A stretch of DNA of 64,000 nucleotides from an uncultured Thermodesulfobacteriota bacterium (lineage in GTDB: Bacteria > Desulfobacterota > Desulfarculia > JACQYL01), in NCBI GenBank assembly GCA_964597345.1, contig CAZQXK010000001.1:94777-158776 (forward strand), read 5' to 3'. Shown here piece by piece: positions 47,065 through 57,735 of this stretch (its first letter is position 1; every line of letters starts with the position of its first letter). A program made the translations under genes and the position numbers. Under the pieces are notes generated by a model, which saw nothing but the letters and a program-made list of their open reading frames with translations, made no database searches and was not told the origin of the DNA.

Positions 47065-47718
47065 CGGAATGCCTTTCTGATTGAATGCCCGGATGATGCC
47101 TTCGAGGTCCCGCCGCATCTCCGAAAGCGAAGTGAAATAGGGATCCAGCGCCGCTATACGCTTGGCCAGGGGCGCGTATTCCTCTCCAAGTCCCATGAGC
47201 CATTCGCTGAAATCGTTGTTGCCGTGCTCGGTTCTTCTCCGAGCGTCGATGAAATGGTAGAAAATGCTTCCCAGGGACATCCGGCCTATAAACTCGGACA
47301 GGTCGCCGGGATGGGTAATCTGTACGGCGGTATCCAGCACCACGATCTGGGAGCGAATGAAATGAAAGCGCTGACTCGCACGCATCCAGCCCAGGATTTC
47401 ACTTTCATCCAGAACTTCCTCGATCACCTCCACCAATTCGTGTCGGAGATCCTCCAGATCCGGATATTCCGTGGGATCGATGATTCCCAGGCGCTCGGCC
47501 AGGCGCGCTTCATGCAAGCCGTGCCATGCCCAGGAGGCGAAATCGTTCTGGTATTCCGGATCGTCGAACCGCGGTTCCAGCAGCCCGCCCCAGAAATGGT
47601 AATAAATGCACCCCGGATGGGTGCTTTCCAATCGATCCCTCAATTCACGCAGGGTTTGCGCGCGTTCCCCCGTGGCTACGGCAATGAGGGCGCAGTCTTT
47701 GATAGCGAAAGGTTCCAT
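47062..47718 (-). CDS. conserved hypothetical protein co-transcribed with treT (DUF5752-like?)
   Basis: 218-aa soluble ORF, translationally coupled to treT (TAATGA). Family recollection uncertain. Confidence 0.4.
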   Translation of the reverse strand: MEPFAIKDCALIAVATGERAQTLRELRDRLESTHPGCIYYHFWGGLLEPRFDDPEYQNDFASWAWHGLHEARLAERLGIIDPTEYPDLEDLRHELVEVIEEVLDESEILGWMRASQRFHFIRSQIVVLDTAVQITHPGDLSEFIGRMSLGSIFYHFIDARRRTEHGNNDFSEWLMGLGEEYAPLAKRIAALDPYFTSLSEMRRDLEGIIRAFNQKGIP

Positions 47719-47891
47719 AACGGACTCCCGGGATGGGTCATGGGTTTGCCCGGTTCAACCCGAAGGCGCGGGTGTTCCTGTGGAGTTCGAGGTTCTTTTC
47801 TGAAATTCGGGGACAGGCGGCGTCGGATCGGTCCCTTGCTGTTGAGAATTCCTTGCGTCTCATTCAACCTCCGGAAACCCCATCGGCCATC

Positions 47892-50684
47892 CTATTCGCT
47901 GAGCAGCAACGCTACCGGAAAGTGCGTCAGCACATCCGAGACCGGTAACGGGTGTTTGTGGAGCACGATCCGACCCGTGATCGCATCCCGCCATCGGCTG
48001 GGTGGGCCTCCGGATAAAACCAGCTCCGTGTCTTCCCAAACACGGGGACCCAAAGGAAAGTCGCCGGACTCCACCAATGCCGTGCAGAACCGGGGCGCCG
48101 CCGTGACGGCCATTTCTCCTCCGTAGTTTCGGGCGAAGGCGATAATGTGCCCCGCTTTTGCTCCCTGAGCCTCGATGGGAAGATAGGCCCCTTGGAGAAA
48201 CAGCTCTGGCCTCTCGCGGCGCGCCGACAGGACCCGGTGGATCAGGAACATCTTGATTCGCCCATCGTCCGGATGCGCGAGCACCGTTTCGATGAGTTCG
48301 AGGAGATCCGTTTCAGCGCCGCGCATCAGTTCCTTCAAGTGGCGCCGGCGGAGTTCAAAATCCACGGGCCTGCGATTGTCCGGATCCACGAGGCTCAAAT
48401 CCCACAATTCAGTGCCCTGGTACACATCAGGAATCCCCGGGCACGTGGATTTGAGAAGCGTCTGGGAAAGGGAGTTCAACATGCCGTAAAAGGAGATCTT
48501 GGCCTGAAACGGCTGGAATTCCTTCAAAAAAGGGTTGTCTTCCCGTTCATCGAGGAGCTTGTCCAAAAAATTCAAGAAGGCCTGTTCGTATTCGGAATCC
48601 GGTTTCAGCCAGGCGGTGTGTACCTTGGCTTCCCGCACGGCCTTGATGACATATTCCTTCATGCGCTCCACGAATTCGCGAGAGGCCTTCCCTTCCAGAG
48701 GATAGGCCCCCAACAGATTCTGGTAGAAGGCATACTCGTCGTTGCGATCCGGAGCCTTGGCCCCGTGGACCGTCTTCTTTTTCCGTGCGGCGAATGCGCC
48801 CCATTTCTTGAGCTGCTGGCTCCACTCCGAAGGGATCTCAGACAACACATGAATTCGAGCCCGCACATCCTCGCTTCGCTTGGTATCGTGCGTGGAGGTG
48901 GCATTCATGGTGTAAGGCCACTGTTCCAAACGGCCTATGTTGAATTGGTGAAAACGTTCCAAAGAAATCCCAAAAACACCGGGATTTCCGCCCACATCGT
49001 TGAGCGAGAGAAGTCTGTTATAGCAATAAAGTAGTGTATCTTCGAAAGACTTGGCCATTAACGGCCCCGTGAATTGCTGGAACCGCATGGCGAAGTGGAG
49101 CCATTTGTTCTTTTCATCATCAGAAAAGTATTCTCCGAATGTCAAAGTAAGGAACTTTTCCAGGAAATCCAATTCATAGAGCAATGCTGCGTTATTTTCC
49201 ATGGCCTTTTGCACGGCCTTCTTAATAATTTCCTTGTCCTGTTCAGGAGAGTGTGCGGCGTTGATGTAGGTTCTATATACCGGGAAATGGCACATGAGTT
49301 CGACAATGGCGCTCTTGAGTCCCTGGAGGGTTATATCGCTGCCGTGACGGTAGCGTCCGGAAATGCCTTTGAGCAGTGTCGCCAGATCATCCACGTCTCC
49401 CGCCATTTCTTTGCGAACGATCAGACGTTTCTTTTCATATACCAGGTGGGGAAAGGAAAGAGGATGGGGAGTGAAGCGGGCGTAGACGCCGGTAAACCGC
49501 TTTTCATTTCGCGAATGACAAAACACGCCGTTTACGTGATTCAGAAAATCGTAACCCGTGGTGCCTTGCACGGGCCAGAACTCCGGCAGACGCTCTTCTT
49601 GTTCCAGAATCTTTTCAACAACCAGGTACGCGTCCCCAATCCGGCTCCTCAAGCGTTTCAGGTAGCTCGAGGGATCATAAAGACCGTCGATGTGATCGAT
49701 TCGCACACCCGTGATTCGACCGGAGTCGATGAGATCCAGAAGCAGACCGTGGACGTGCTTGAACACCTCGTCGTTCTCGATCCGCAAGCAAATCAATTCG
49801 TTGATGTTGAAAAAACGCCGGTAGTTGATCTCTTCCGTGGCCACTTTCCAGAAAGACAAACGGAAATGCTGCTCGGCCAATAGATTCTCGAGATGCAGAA
49901 AACTCTCCGGGTCTCCTTTTTCTCCATTTATAGTCCGTATGTTTCTGTCCAGATGATCCCTTATAGTGAGATTATTGGCGTATAATTCGTAAAGAAGTCT
50001 TTTAATAAACTGAATTTGCGTATATCTTTCATCCACTTCATCATGGGTCGATATAGTCTTTAAGACATATAATATTCCAAGAAATTTAATAAAGTCGGGG
50101 TGAGTATCGCCTATTATTCGCTTCAGGCGATTGATATCGAATGTTAATACGTCCAAATACGATTCCAGCCTTAGTGGGAACATGAGCTGGTAATAGTTGA
50201 ACCTCATTCCATACTGGTCATACTTAAGCTGTATTTCCTGGTCCTCGAGACACTCGCCGTAAAAACGTCCCAGAAATGGCGCCAGGAGGCGTTGTCCGGG
50301 TTCGTGGTACGGAAGGGTCCATTCGATATCGAAAAACTCATAATATTTGGAATATGGACCGTTCTCGAGGATATCCATAAGGATCGTATTGTCGTGGTCG
50401 TAGGCCATGTGATTGGGAACGAAGTCCTGAATCCATCCCAATCGCAGTTCCGCGGCTTTCCGAAGCAACTCCTGGAACTCCTCGGCGGTTCCGAGTTCCG
50501 GGTTCAGCTGAAGGGGGTCCACCACGTCATACCCGTGGGTGCTGCCCTTCCGGGCTCTAAAGACGGGGGATGCGTAAACATCGGAGACGCCCAGATCGGA
50601 CAAATAGTCCAGGACGGCCCATGCCTGCCGGAACCCGAAAGACGGTCCGAACTGGAGTCTGTAGATGCCGGTGGGTATTTTCAT
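47892..50684 (-). CDS. treY: malto-oligosyltrehalose synthase (TreY), GH13 family
   Basis: MKIPTGIYRLQFGPSFGFRQAWAVLDYLSDLGVSDVYASPVF...GSTHGYDVVD is the canonical TreY N-terminus. About 930 aa. 1-nt overlap with the upstream gene. Confidence 0.85.
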   Translation of the reverse strand: MKIPTGIYRLQFGPSFGFRQAWAVLDYLSDLGVSDVYASPVFRARKGSTHGYDVVDPLQLNPELGTAEEFQELLRKAAELRLGWIQDFVPNHMAYDHDNTILMDILENGPYSKYYEFFDIEWTLPYHEPGQRLLAPFLGRFYGECLEDQEIQLKYDQYGMRFNYYQLMFPLRLESYLDVLTFDINRLKRIIGDTHPDFIKFLGILYVLKTISTHDEVDERYTQIQFIKRLLYELYANNLTIRDHLDRNIRTINGEKGDPESFLHLENLLAEQHFRLSFWKVATEEINYRRFFNINELICLRIENDEVFKHVHGLLLDLIDSGRITGVRIDHIDGLYDPSSYLKRLRSRIGDAYLVVEKILEQEERLPEFWPVQGTTGYDFLNHVNGVFCHSRNEKRFTGVYARFTPHPLSFPHLVYEKKRLIVRKEMAGDVDDLATLLKGISGRYRHGSDITLQGLKSAIVELMCHFPVYRTYINAAHSPEQDKEIIKKAVQKAMENNAALLYELDFLEKFLTLTFGEYFSDDEKNKWLHFAMRFQQFTGPLMAKSFEDTLLYCYNRLLSLNDVGGNPGVFGISLERFHQFNIGRLEQWPYTMNATSTHDTKRSEDVRARIHVLSEIPSEWSQQLKKWGAFAARKKKTVHGAKAPDRNDEYAFYQNLLGAYPLEGKASREFVERMKEYVIKAVREAKVHTAWLKPDSEYEQAFLNFLDKLLDEREDNPFLKEFQPFQAKISFYGMLNSLSQTLLKSTCPGIPDVYQGTELWDLSLVDPDNRRPVDFELRRRHLKELMRGAETDLLELIETVLAHPDDGRIKMFLIHRVLSARRERPELFLQGAYLPIEAQGAKAGHIIAFARNYGGEMAVTAAPRFCTALVESGDFPLGPRVWEDTELVLSGGPPSRWRDAITGRIVLHKHPLPVSDVLTHFPVALLLSE

Positions 50685-53113
50685 CACAGTACCTTTATGC
50701 GGAGATGGCCGCCGATTCTCCGAAATGTCTCGACCCATGCCTCGGCTCCGGCATCCCCGTTGGCGGCTTTTCCGGAAACTGCAGGATAGGCGTCGCCGGT
50801 CATGAGAAAATACAGGTTCTGGGCCTTCCAGAGGTTTATCGGGAGATCCAAAGGGGCCAGTAGAACAAAAACCTGCTCCAGCCGTCTCAGGGATTCCGTG
50901 TCCTGGAGATGTTGGGAGGCCCGGGTCAGCAAATCGGTGATGCGGCACTCCACCAGATAGGTCAGCGGATCCCGTTCCACGGAGATATTCCACCTTCGAA
51001 CATCCGCCATGGTCTTCTGCAGGCGTTCGGTATCCGTATCGGGTTCTTCGAAGATATTTCGCAGATCCATGTTCAGCACGAATTCGGTGGTCACGGCCAG
51101 GGGTTTCGGTAATGTGGACTGGATTTCATTGAAGAAATTGATAACCATATAATTGTTCTCCACAAAACGGCGGAAGGAAAATTCGATTTCGTCCGTGGCG
51201 TTTCGGAGGATTTCTTTCAAGACCTTGGTCTGTTCATCCTTGAACAGGTGCCACAACGTGAAACTGTGGCTCCCGAAATGCTTGTCCATAAGGCGCACGA
51301 TTTCCAAAGTATCGCCCAAACGGAACGCGCTTTTGATTTCTTCCTGCATGGTGTGAAAAAAGTCCGGATCCGTGTCCGCGCGTACGCAACAGCTCACATT
51401 ATGATCTCCCAGGTGAAGAGCCGTGAAGGTGACGCCCCCCTCCTCCCAGGTGATATCCGACACGATCCGGCTGCGCCCGACGGCCAGCTTGAGTGCGCCC
51501 GCCTCAAACCGTTCATAGGATTCGTTCCGGACGGAATAGCAGTAGGAGCCGATATCTTCCAGATGTTCTTCGAAGAGGGACGAAATGGCGTAATGGGCCC
51601 CCACGCGGTCCAGATCAATGCCGGAGGGCTTCACGAACCGCTGGTACACGTCCTTTCCGTTCCGGAATTCCGACAGATTGCTCGGTGCGTGCTGGAGCAT
51701 ATCCGTGAACGCGGGCTCCAGGGCCTCGCCGTTTTCCTGTTCCGCCAATTGAATGGCTCTGGCCGCATATTTCAGGACCTGGGTGGTTTCAAGGCCGGAG
51801 ATTTCATCAAAAAACCAGCCGCAACTGGTGTACATGAGCATGGCGTGACGCTGCATCTCCAGGAGGCGCAGGACCCGGATCTTTTCTTCAGCGGAAAGAT
51901 TCCGGGCGCTGTGTCTGGCCATGAACGCATCGATGTTTCGTGGTGAACGATCCAGGATCACGTCGATATAGTCGTTGCGGGCCTCCCAGGGGTTTTTCAG
52001 GAACCCCGAGGCCCGTTCTTCGAAAAGGGGGATCAGGCGGTCCCGCAGATTGTCTAGAGCATCCCGCAGAGGCCTGCGCCATTCCTGGCGCCACCCGGGG
52101 CGCATGCCGCTGTTGCATCCGCAGTTTCCACGCCAGCGTTCCACGCCGTGGATACAACTCCACGAGGAATTGCTGTGGATTTCCACTTCATGCGTCGGGG
52201 GATGTCGCTCCAGGTACTCGCCGTATATCGTGATCCTGGCCAGCTGGTGGGATTCGATGAAATGGAGGCAATAGGAGAGAGCCATTTCCCCTTGTCGGTG
52301 ATGATGCCCGTAGGTTTCTCCGTCCGTGGCGATATGAACCATACGCGGCCGGTCATTGTCGGCGGGCAACGCGCTCATGAGTCGATGGGCGAAGGCTTCG
52401 CCGTTTTCAAGAATTCCGCCGAAGGCGGTATCCTGGGATATAGGACCGTCGTAAAAGAAGAGGGCGATGCTGCGGCCGGACGGTAAACGGCAGCGGTACG
52501 GCATGGTGGGATCGATGCGGCCGCCCTGTACGTCCCACCAGGGGTCCCGGCCGTGCAGGGGACGGACCCGCATGGCCTGGCGAGGCGCCAGGATGGTGAA
52601 GGCGATGCCCTGCTCGGCCAGAATACTCAGGGTCTCCAAATCCACAGCCGTTTCGGCCAGCCACATGCCCTCGGGGGAACGTCCGAATCGTTTCTGGAAA
52701 TCCCGAATTCCCCACAGCACCTGGGTGTACTTGTCCTTTCCGTTGGCCAAGGGCATGATCATATGATTGTACACTTGCGCCAACGCGGCGCCATGCCCCG
52801 AAAACCGTTCCTGGCTCAGGTTATCGGCCTCCTGAATGGATTCGTACACGTCGCGGTGATGCGCTTCCATCCAGGACAGCAGCGTGGGGCCGAAGTTGAA
52901 ACTGATCCGGGTGTAGTTATTGATGATATCGATAATACGCCGCTCGTCGTCCAGTATGCGGGACGCCGTGTTGGGTGCGTAACATTCCATGGTGATCCGC
53001 TCGTTCCAGTCGTGATAGGGCGAAGCGGAATCTTGAAGTTCGACCGCTTCCAGCCACGGATTTTCCCGAGGGGGCTGATAAAAATGCCCATGAATGCAGA
53101 CGTACCGTTCCAT
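50684..53113 (-). CDS. GH57-family glycoside hydrolase with C-terminal DUF3536-like region (alpha-amylase/branching/4-alpha-glucanotransferase-like)
   Basis: MERYVCIHGHFYQPPRENPW is the GH57 N-terminal signature. ...HIATDGETYGHH catalytic region. An alternative earlier start exists. Confidence 0.7.
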   Translation of the reverse strand: MERYVCIHGHFYQPPRENPWLEAVELQDSASPYHDWNERITMECYAPNTASRILDDERRIIDIINNYTRISFNFGPTLLSWMEAHHRDVYESIQEADNLSQERFSGHGAALAQVYNHMIMPLANGKDKYTQVLWGIRDFQKRFGRSPEGMWLAETAVDLETLSILAEQGIAFTILAPRQAMRVRPLHGRDPWWDVQGGRIDPTMPYRCRLPSGRSIALFFYDGPISQDTAFGGILENGEAFAHRLMSALPADNDRPRMVHIATDGETYGHHHRQGEMALSYCLHFIESHQLARITIYGEYLERHPPTHEVEIHSNSSWSCIHGVERWRGNCGCNSGMRPGWRQEWRRPLRDALDNLRDRLIPLFEERASGFLKNPWEARNDYIDVILDRSPRNIDAFMARHSARNLSAEEKIRVLRLLEMQRHAMLMYTSCGWFFDEISGLETTQVLKYAARAIQLAEQENGEALEPAFTDMLQHAPSNLSEFRNGKDVYQRFVKPSGIDLDRVGAHYAISSLFEEHLEDIGSYCYSVRNESYERFEAGALKLAVGRSRIVSDITWEEGGVTFTALHLGDHNVSCCVRADTDPDFFHTMQEEIKSAFRLGDTLEIVRLMDKHFGSHSFTLWHLFKDEQTKVLKEILRNATDEIEFSFRRFVENNYMVINFFNEIQSTLPKPLAVTTEFVLNMDLRNIFEEPDTDTERLQKTMADVRRWNISVERDPLTYLVECRITDLLTRASQHLQDTESLRRLEQVFVLLAPLDLPINLWKAQNLYFLMTGDAYPAVSGKAANGDAGAEAWVETFRRIGGHLRIKVL

Positions 53114-53114
53114 A

Positions 53115-54949
53115 TCAAACCTCCGATGCGTACAGTGCCAAGCTCCATGCCCCCGGGGTGACTTCGTTTCCATCCCACAATCGTTCCGGCAGCCGAGTAC
53201 CGGGACCACCCCAGGTTTCCGCGGAGGAATCCAGAATTTTACGCCACTCCCCATCGGGAAGGGACACGAGGAACGGGACCGGTGTGTCGTTGAAGTTGAA
53301 AAGAATGAAACTCTGAGCGCCCGCTCGATACCATCGGCGTAATGTAAGTATTCGTTCCACTTCGTACGTTGTTACCTCAATAGCGTGTTTGTCGGGATGT
53401 TGCAAGGCGGGCAGGGTCTTTCGGATTCGAATGAGTTCTTTATAGAAGCGAAACAGCATTCCATGTTTTCCTTGATCACGGAGGCGCAGGTTCAGCCGGG
53501 ATTTCCGCATAGTGTCGGGATCTTGTGGATCTGGCGGCGTATCATGCCAGTTGAAGGCCTGGAATTCCTGCCTGCGGCCTTTCCGGACCGCGGCCACGAG
53601 ATCCGCATCGGAGTGATCCACAAAATACAGGAAAGGGGCTTCTTCTCCGTATTCCTCGCCCATGAACAGCAACGGGACGAAGGGAGACAACAGAAGGGCC
53701 CCCGCGGCCAGCTTCAACGCTTCAAACGGAACCAGCAGGGAAAGCCGTTCCCCGAGCATCCGGTTACCCACCTGATCGTGATTCTGAATACACACGACGA
53801 ACTGCCGGCCCGGCCGATCCAGGGAGGAACGTCCGTGGCGGCGGCGGCGATAGGCGGAGTAATCCCATGAATACACGAAACCTTCGGAATAGGCCTTGCC
53901 GAGATGTTCCATTTTCCCGAAGTCCAGATAATACCCGGAGGTCTCTCCGGTCAGCAACGTGTGGACGGCATGGTGGAAATCGTCGCTCCACTGGGCGTCC
54001 AGTCCGAACCCGCCGACTTCTCTGGGCCGCAGGATTCGGGGGTCGTTCAGATCGCTTTCCGCGATCAGAAGCCAGGACTTGTTTTCGGCCCGGGAGACTT
54101 CGGACACTTTTTCGGCCAACTCCTCCAGAAAGGGTTTAGCACTGGAATCGAAGATGCCGTGAACGGCGTCGAGTCGCAACGCGTCCACGTGGTAACGGCG
54201 GAACCAATGCAGGGCGTTCTCGATGAAGAAATTCCGGACATGATCCGAAAGAGGACCGTCGAAATTGAGGGCTTCCCCCCAGGGCGTCCGGTACGTCTCG
54301 GTAAAGTAGGGACCGAATTCCCTGAGGTAGTTCCCTTCAGGACCCAAGTGGTTGTATACGACATCCAGAATTACGGCGAGGTCGAGCGCATGGCATGCGT
54401 TGACAAGACGTTTGAGACCCGAGGGACCTCCGTATGAGTCTTGAACGGCGAAAGGATACACGCCGTCGTAACCCCAGTTTCGTATGCCTGGGAACTGAGC
54501 CACCGGCATGAGTTCCACGGAGTTAACCCCCAGTTCTCTCAGCTCCTCGAGGTGGTCGATCACGGCGTCGAACGTACCTTCTGGGGTGAAGGTCCCCACA
54601 TGCAATTCGTAGGCGATCATGTGGTCCAGGGAGGAGATCCCCTTCCAATGGCCGTCCGTCCAGTGGAATTCAGCATGATCCACCACCCGGGATTCCCGGT
54701 GCACGCCGTAGGGCTGTTCATGGGAAGCGGGATCCGGCCGTTCCCCTTCGTCGTCCAGTACGTACCGGTATGTGGCCCCGGGAAAGACGTTATCCAGTAG
54801 AATCCGCCAGTACCCCTTTGGATCCCGGTTCATGGGCGCCCTGCGCGCTTCCGGTTCCAGGATCTTGAGAGTAACATTCCGGCAGGAAGGCGCCCATACG
54901 GTGAATTGACAATTTCCCTTTCCAAAATAGTCGGTTCCGATGTTCATGC
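53115..54949 (-). CDS. treZ: malto-oligosyltrehalose trehalohydrolase (TreZ), GH13 with N-terminal CBM48
   Basis: FTVWAPS...YELHVGTFT...GYDGVY...DVVYNH...LRLDAVH...GFGLDAQWSDDFHH...QNHDQVGNR GH13/TreZ motifs. Confidence 0.8.
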
Positions 54950-55110
54950 GTAGGTTCCCATTCGGTAGCCGGTTCCGTCGCACAAAGACGCCGCACTGAC
55001 CGCGCACGTGCTTCGACGTCGACCCACCGGTTTGTTGAGCAATTGCGTAAGGCATTCCCAAAAGCGAAGATTCAAGGCGTATCCACGGGCTCTGCCCCAC
55101 GGCGCGTTCA

Positions 55111-56832
55111 TCAAGGTCGTTTCAACAGATTTTTAAGGTCAGCCAGGCATCGTGTGTTGATGACGTCGCCGGGTTCGAGCCACCCCCGCCTCGCCTGAAA
55201 TACGCCGAATCGCATAAACTCCAGATCCGTGATGCTGTGCGCATCCGTGGAAACCGCCACCTTGACTCCCATTTGTTTCGCAAGCCGGCAGTGGCTATCC
55301 GTAAGATCCAGCCGATCCGGATGGCTGTTGAGTTCCATGAAGCAGCCGCGTTTCCGGGCGGCCTCCAGAAGGAACTCCATATCCACGTCGTAGGGATCGC
55401 GTTCGTTGATGAGGCGTCCTGTGGGATGAGCCAGGATGCGGAAATACGGGTTGTCCATGGCTCGCACGATCCGTTCCGTTTGCTTTTCTCGAGACAGGTT
55501 GAAGTGGTAATGAACGGCGCACACCGTAAGATCCAATTCCCGCAGAATGTCGTCGGGCAAGTCCAGGGAGCCGTCTTCCAGGATGTCCACCTCAACAGCC
55601 TTGAGCAGTGTGAATCCATTCAATGTTCCGTTCAATCGGTCAATCCGGTCCATGACCGCCGCCAGCCGCCGGGCGTCCAATCCCCGCGCCACGGCCACGC
55701 GCCGGGAATGCTCCGTAACGGCCATGTACTCGTATCCCAGTCTTTGGGCGGCCTCCGCCATTTCCTCCAGGGTATGGCGGCCGTCCGTCTCCCGAGTGTG
55801 AATATGCAAATCTCCCCGCAAATCCTCAAGCCGGATGAGTTCAGGCAAGCATCTCTGTTGGGCCGCTTCGATCTCTCCCGTGTCTTCACGCAGCTCCGGC
55901 TCGATGAACGGGAGACCCACACGGCCGTATACGTCCTCCTCCGTGGTTCCACCAATACGCCGTTCCCCTTGGAACACTCCGTATTCGTTGATCTTCAGGT
56001 TTTTCTTCTGCCCGAGTTTCCGTACGGCGATGTTATGAGCCTTGGAGCCCGTAAAATAATGGAGCGCGGCGCCGTAGCTCTCCTCGGGGACGGTACGGAC
56101 ATCCACCTGGATGCCGCAACGCAACACTACCGTGGATCGTGTTTCGCCGTGGGACACCACTTCGGCCACATCTTCGTACCCCACAAATCGGTTCATCACA
56201 TCGGCGGAATGGGTGGCAATAACCAGAATATCCAGGTCTCCCACGGTTTCCTTTCTGCGGCGGTAGCTTCCCGCAACCTGGACGCGCTGCACTCCGAAAA
56301 CCTGCTCGAGGCGGGTGGTAAGGGCCGAAGCCAGGTCTTGGGCTTCCACGAGCTTGGTTCGGCTTTCCCGCGACTTCAGCCGTTCGATTTCCTGGAGGAT
56401 CTTTTGTTCCAGCTTCACGCCGAACCCTTTAAGACGTTGGATTTTTCCGGAAGCGGCGGCTTCCCTCACATCCGTTGCGGTGCGGATGCCCAGTTCGTCG
56501 TGGAGCGTCTTGACCCGTTTGGGACCGAGGCCCGCGACATGCATGAGGGCCCGTAGCTCCGGAGAAGTCCGCTCCCGGATGTCCTCCAACTGGGCCAGGG
56601 TCCCGGTTCGTACGATTTCCTGGATCTTCTCCGCCAGATCTCTGCCGATGCCGGGAAGTTCCTCGAGATCTTCCCCTCGCCGGACCATGTCCGCCACGGA
56701 CGGGGCGAGATCCCCCAGGAATCGGGCCGCGTTCCGGTACGCCCGGACCCGGAACGGATTCGCCCCCTCGATTTCCAGAAGGTCCGCCGTTTCGTCGAAC
56801 AATTCGGCTACGGTCCTATTGGTGACGGCCAT
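55111..56832 (-). CDS. polX: DNA polymerase X family protein with C-terminal PHP 3'-5' exonuclease/phosphoesterase domain
   Basis: N-terminal HhH/pol beta-like (GIGRDLAEKI...GVGPKRV...GSYRRRKETVGDLDILV). C-terminal PHP (GDLHIHT...HS...AHP...DAH). Confidence 0.85.
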   Translation of the reverse strand: MAVTNRTVAELFDETADLLEIEGANPFRVRAYRNAARFLGDLAPSVADMVRRGEDLEELPGIGRDLAEKIQEIVRTGTLAQLEDIRERTSPELRALMHVAGLGPKRVKTLHDELGIRTATDVREAAASGKIQRLKGFGVKLEQKILQEIERLKSRESRTKLVEAQDLASALTTRLEQVFGVQRVQVAGSYRRRKETVGDLDILVIATHSADVMNRFVGYEDVAEVVSHGETRSTVVLRCGIQVDVRTVPEESYGAALHYFTGSKAHNIAVRKLGQKKNLKINEYGVFQGERRIGGTTEEDVYGRVGLPFIEPELREDTGEIEAAQQRCLPELIRLEDLRGDLHIHTRETDGRHTLEEMAEAAQRLGYEYMAVTEHSRRVAVARGLDARRLAAVMDRIDRLNGTLNGFTLLKAVEVDILEDGSLDLPDDILRELDLTVCAVHYHFNLSREKQTERIVRAMDNPYFRILAHPTGRLINERDPYDVDMEFLLEAARKRGCFMELNSHPDRLDLTDSHCRLAKQMGVKVAVSTDAHSITDLEFMRFGVFQARRGWLEPGDVINTRCLADLKNLLKRP

Positions 56833-57571
56833 AGATCGTTTCCCTCAACATCCGGGTCAGGCGTAGGGCATCCCGCGCGGCGTATCCTGCCTGGTCGTTG
56901 TCGAAATAACAGAAAATCTCCTTTCCGGCTCCGGCCCAGTCCAGAATCTTTCGGGTCCAAACCTCAAGCCCGGAATCGCCGTATTCTCCCTGATAGGCGG
57001 TACCGGGTCCATGAAGCCGGATATAGACGAAATCGGCTGTGACCACATCCGGAGCCATTCTGCCGTCCAGTTCATAGATACAAAAGGAAAGGCTGCGTGT
57101 TTTCAGTATCTCATACACGGAAGGATGAAACCAGGAGCCGTCACGAAATTCGAACGCAAAGCGGAACCCTTCCGGGAGCGCCTCGACGAAGGTCGCGAGC
57201 CGATCCCGATTGAGAGACCAGTGGGGCGGAAGTTGCAGTAAAACGGGCCCCAACCTGGGTTTCAACAGCTCGATGCGGCTTAAGAATGGATGCAGCGTAT
57301 TCCGGGGATCCTTGAGTTTCTTCATGTGGGTGATATATCGGCCGGCTTTGACGCAGAAGATGAATCCCCCGGATACCGCTTCCCGCCAGCCGCTCAGGGT
57401 GTCGGCGGAAGGCAGGCGATAAAACGAATGGTTGATTTCCACGGTATGGAAGCGAGCGGAGTAATACGATAGAAAGTCGGCGCGGGCCATGGAATTCGGA
57501 TAGAAAGGCCCCTTCCAGTGATCGTAATGCCATCCCGAGGTACCGACGTGAACCCGGTCTTGAAGATCCAT
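56816..57571 (-). CDS. DUF72 family protein
   Basis: VGTSGWHYDHWKGPFYP...FHTVEINHSFYR are canonical DUF72 opening motifs. Confidence 0.75.
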   Translation of the reverse strand: MDLQDRVHVGTSGWHYDHWKGPFYPNSMARADFLSYYSARFHTVEINHSFYRLPSADTLSGWREAVSGGFIFCVKAGRYITHMKKLKDPRNTLHPFLSRIELLKPRLGPVLLQLPPHWSLNRDRLATFVEALPEGFRFAFEFRDGSWFHPSVYEILKTRSLSFCIYELDGRMAPDVVTADFVYIRLHGPGTAYQGEYGDSGLEVWTRKILDWAGAGKEIFCYFDNDQAGYAARDALRLTRMLRETIYGRHQ

Positions 57572-57650
57572 GTTTCGCCCGAATCCGTTGTCCCGCCCAC
57601 ACCAAACCCAGCATCTCCGGACCCATCGCCGCGAGGTCGTTCCCTGGCGG

Positions 57651-57735
57651 GCTTATGAAAGACGGAATCCACCGTGTTGCGCTTCACTCTTTGCGTCGGC
57701 GATTCGTACGTAATCCTGTCTTTCCACCGGCTGCC
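57651..57735 (+). repeat. partial (half) copy 11 of the palindromic repeat
   Basis: ...GACGGAATCCACCGTGTTGCGCTTCACTCTTTGCGTCGGCGATTCGTACG... matches the left arm only. Confidence 0.5.
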
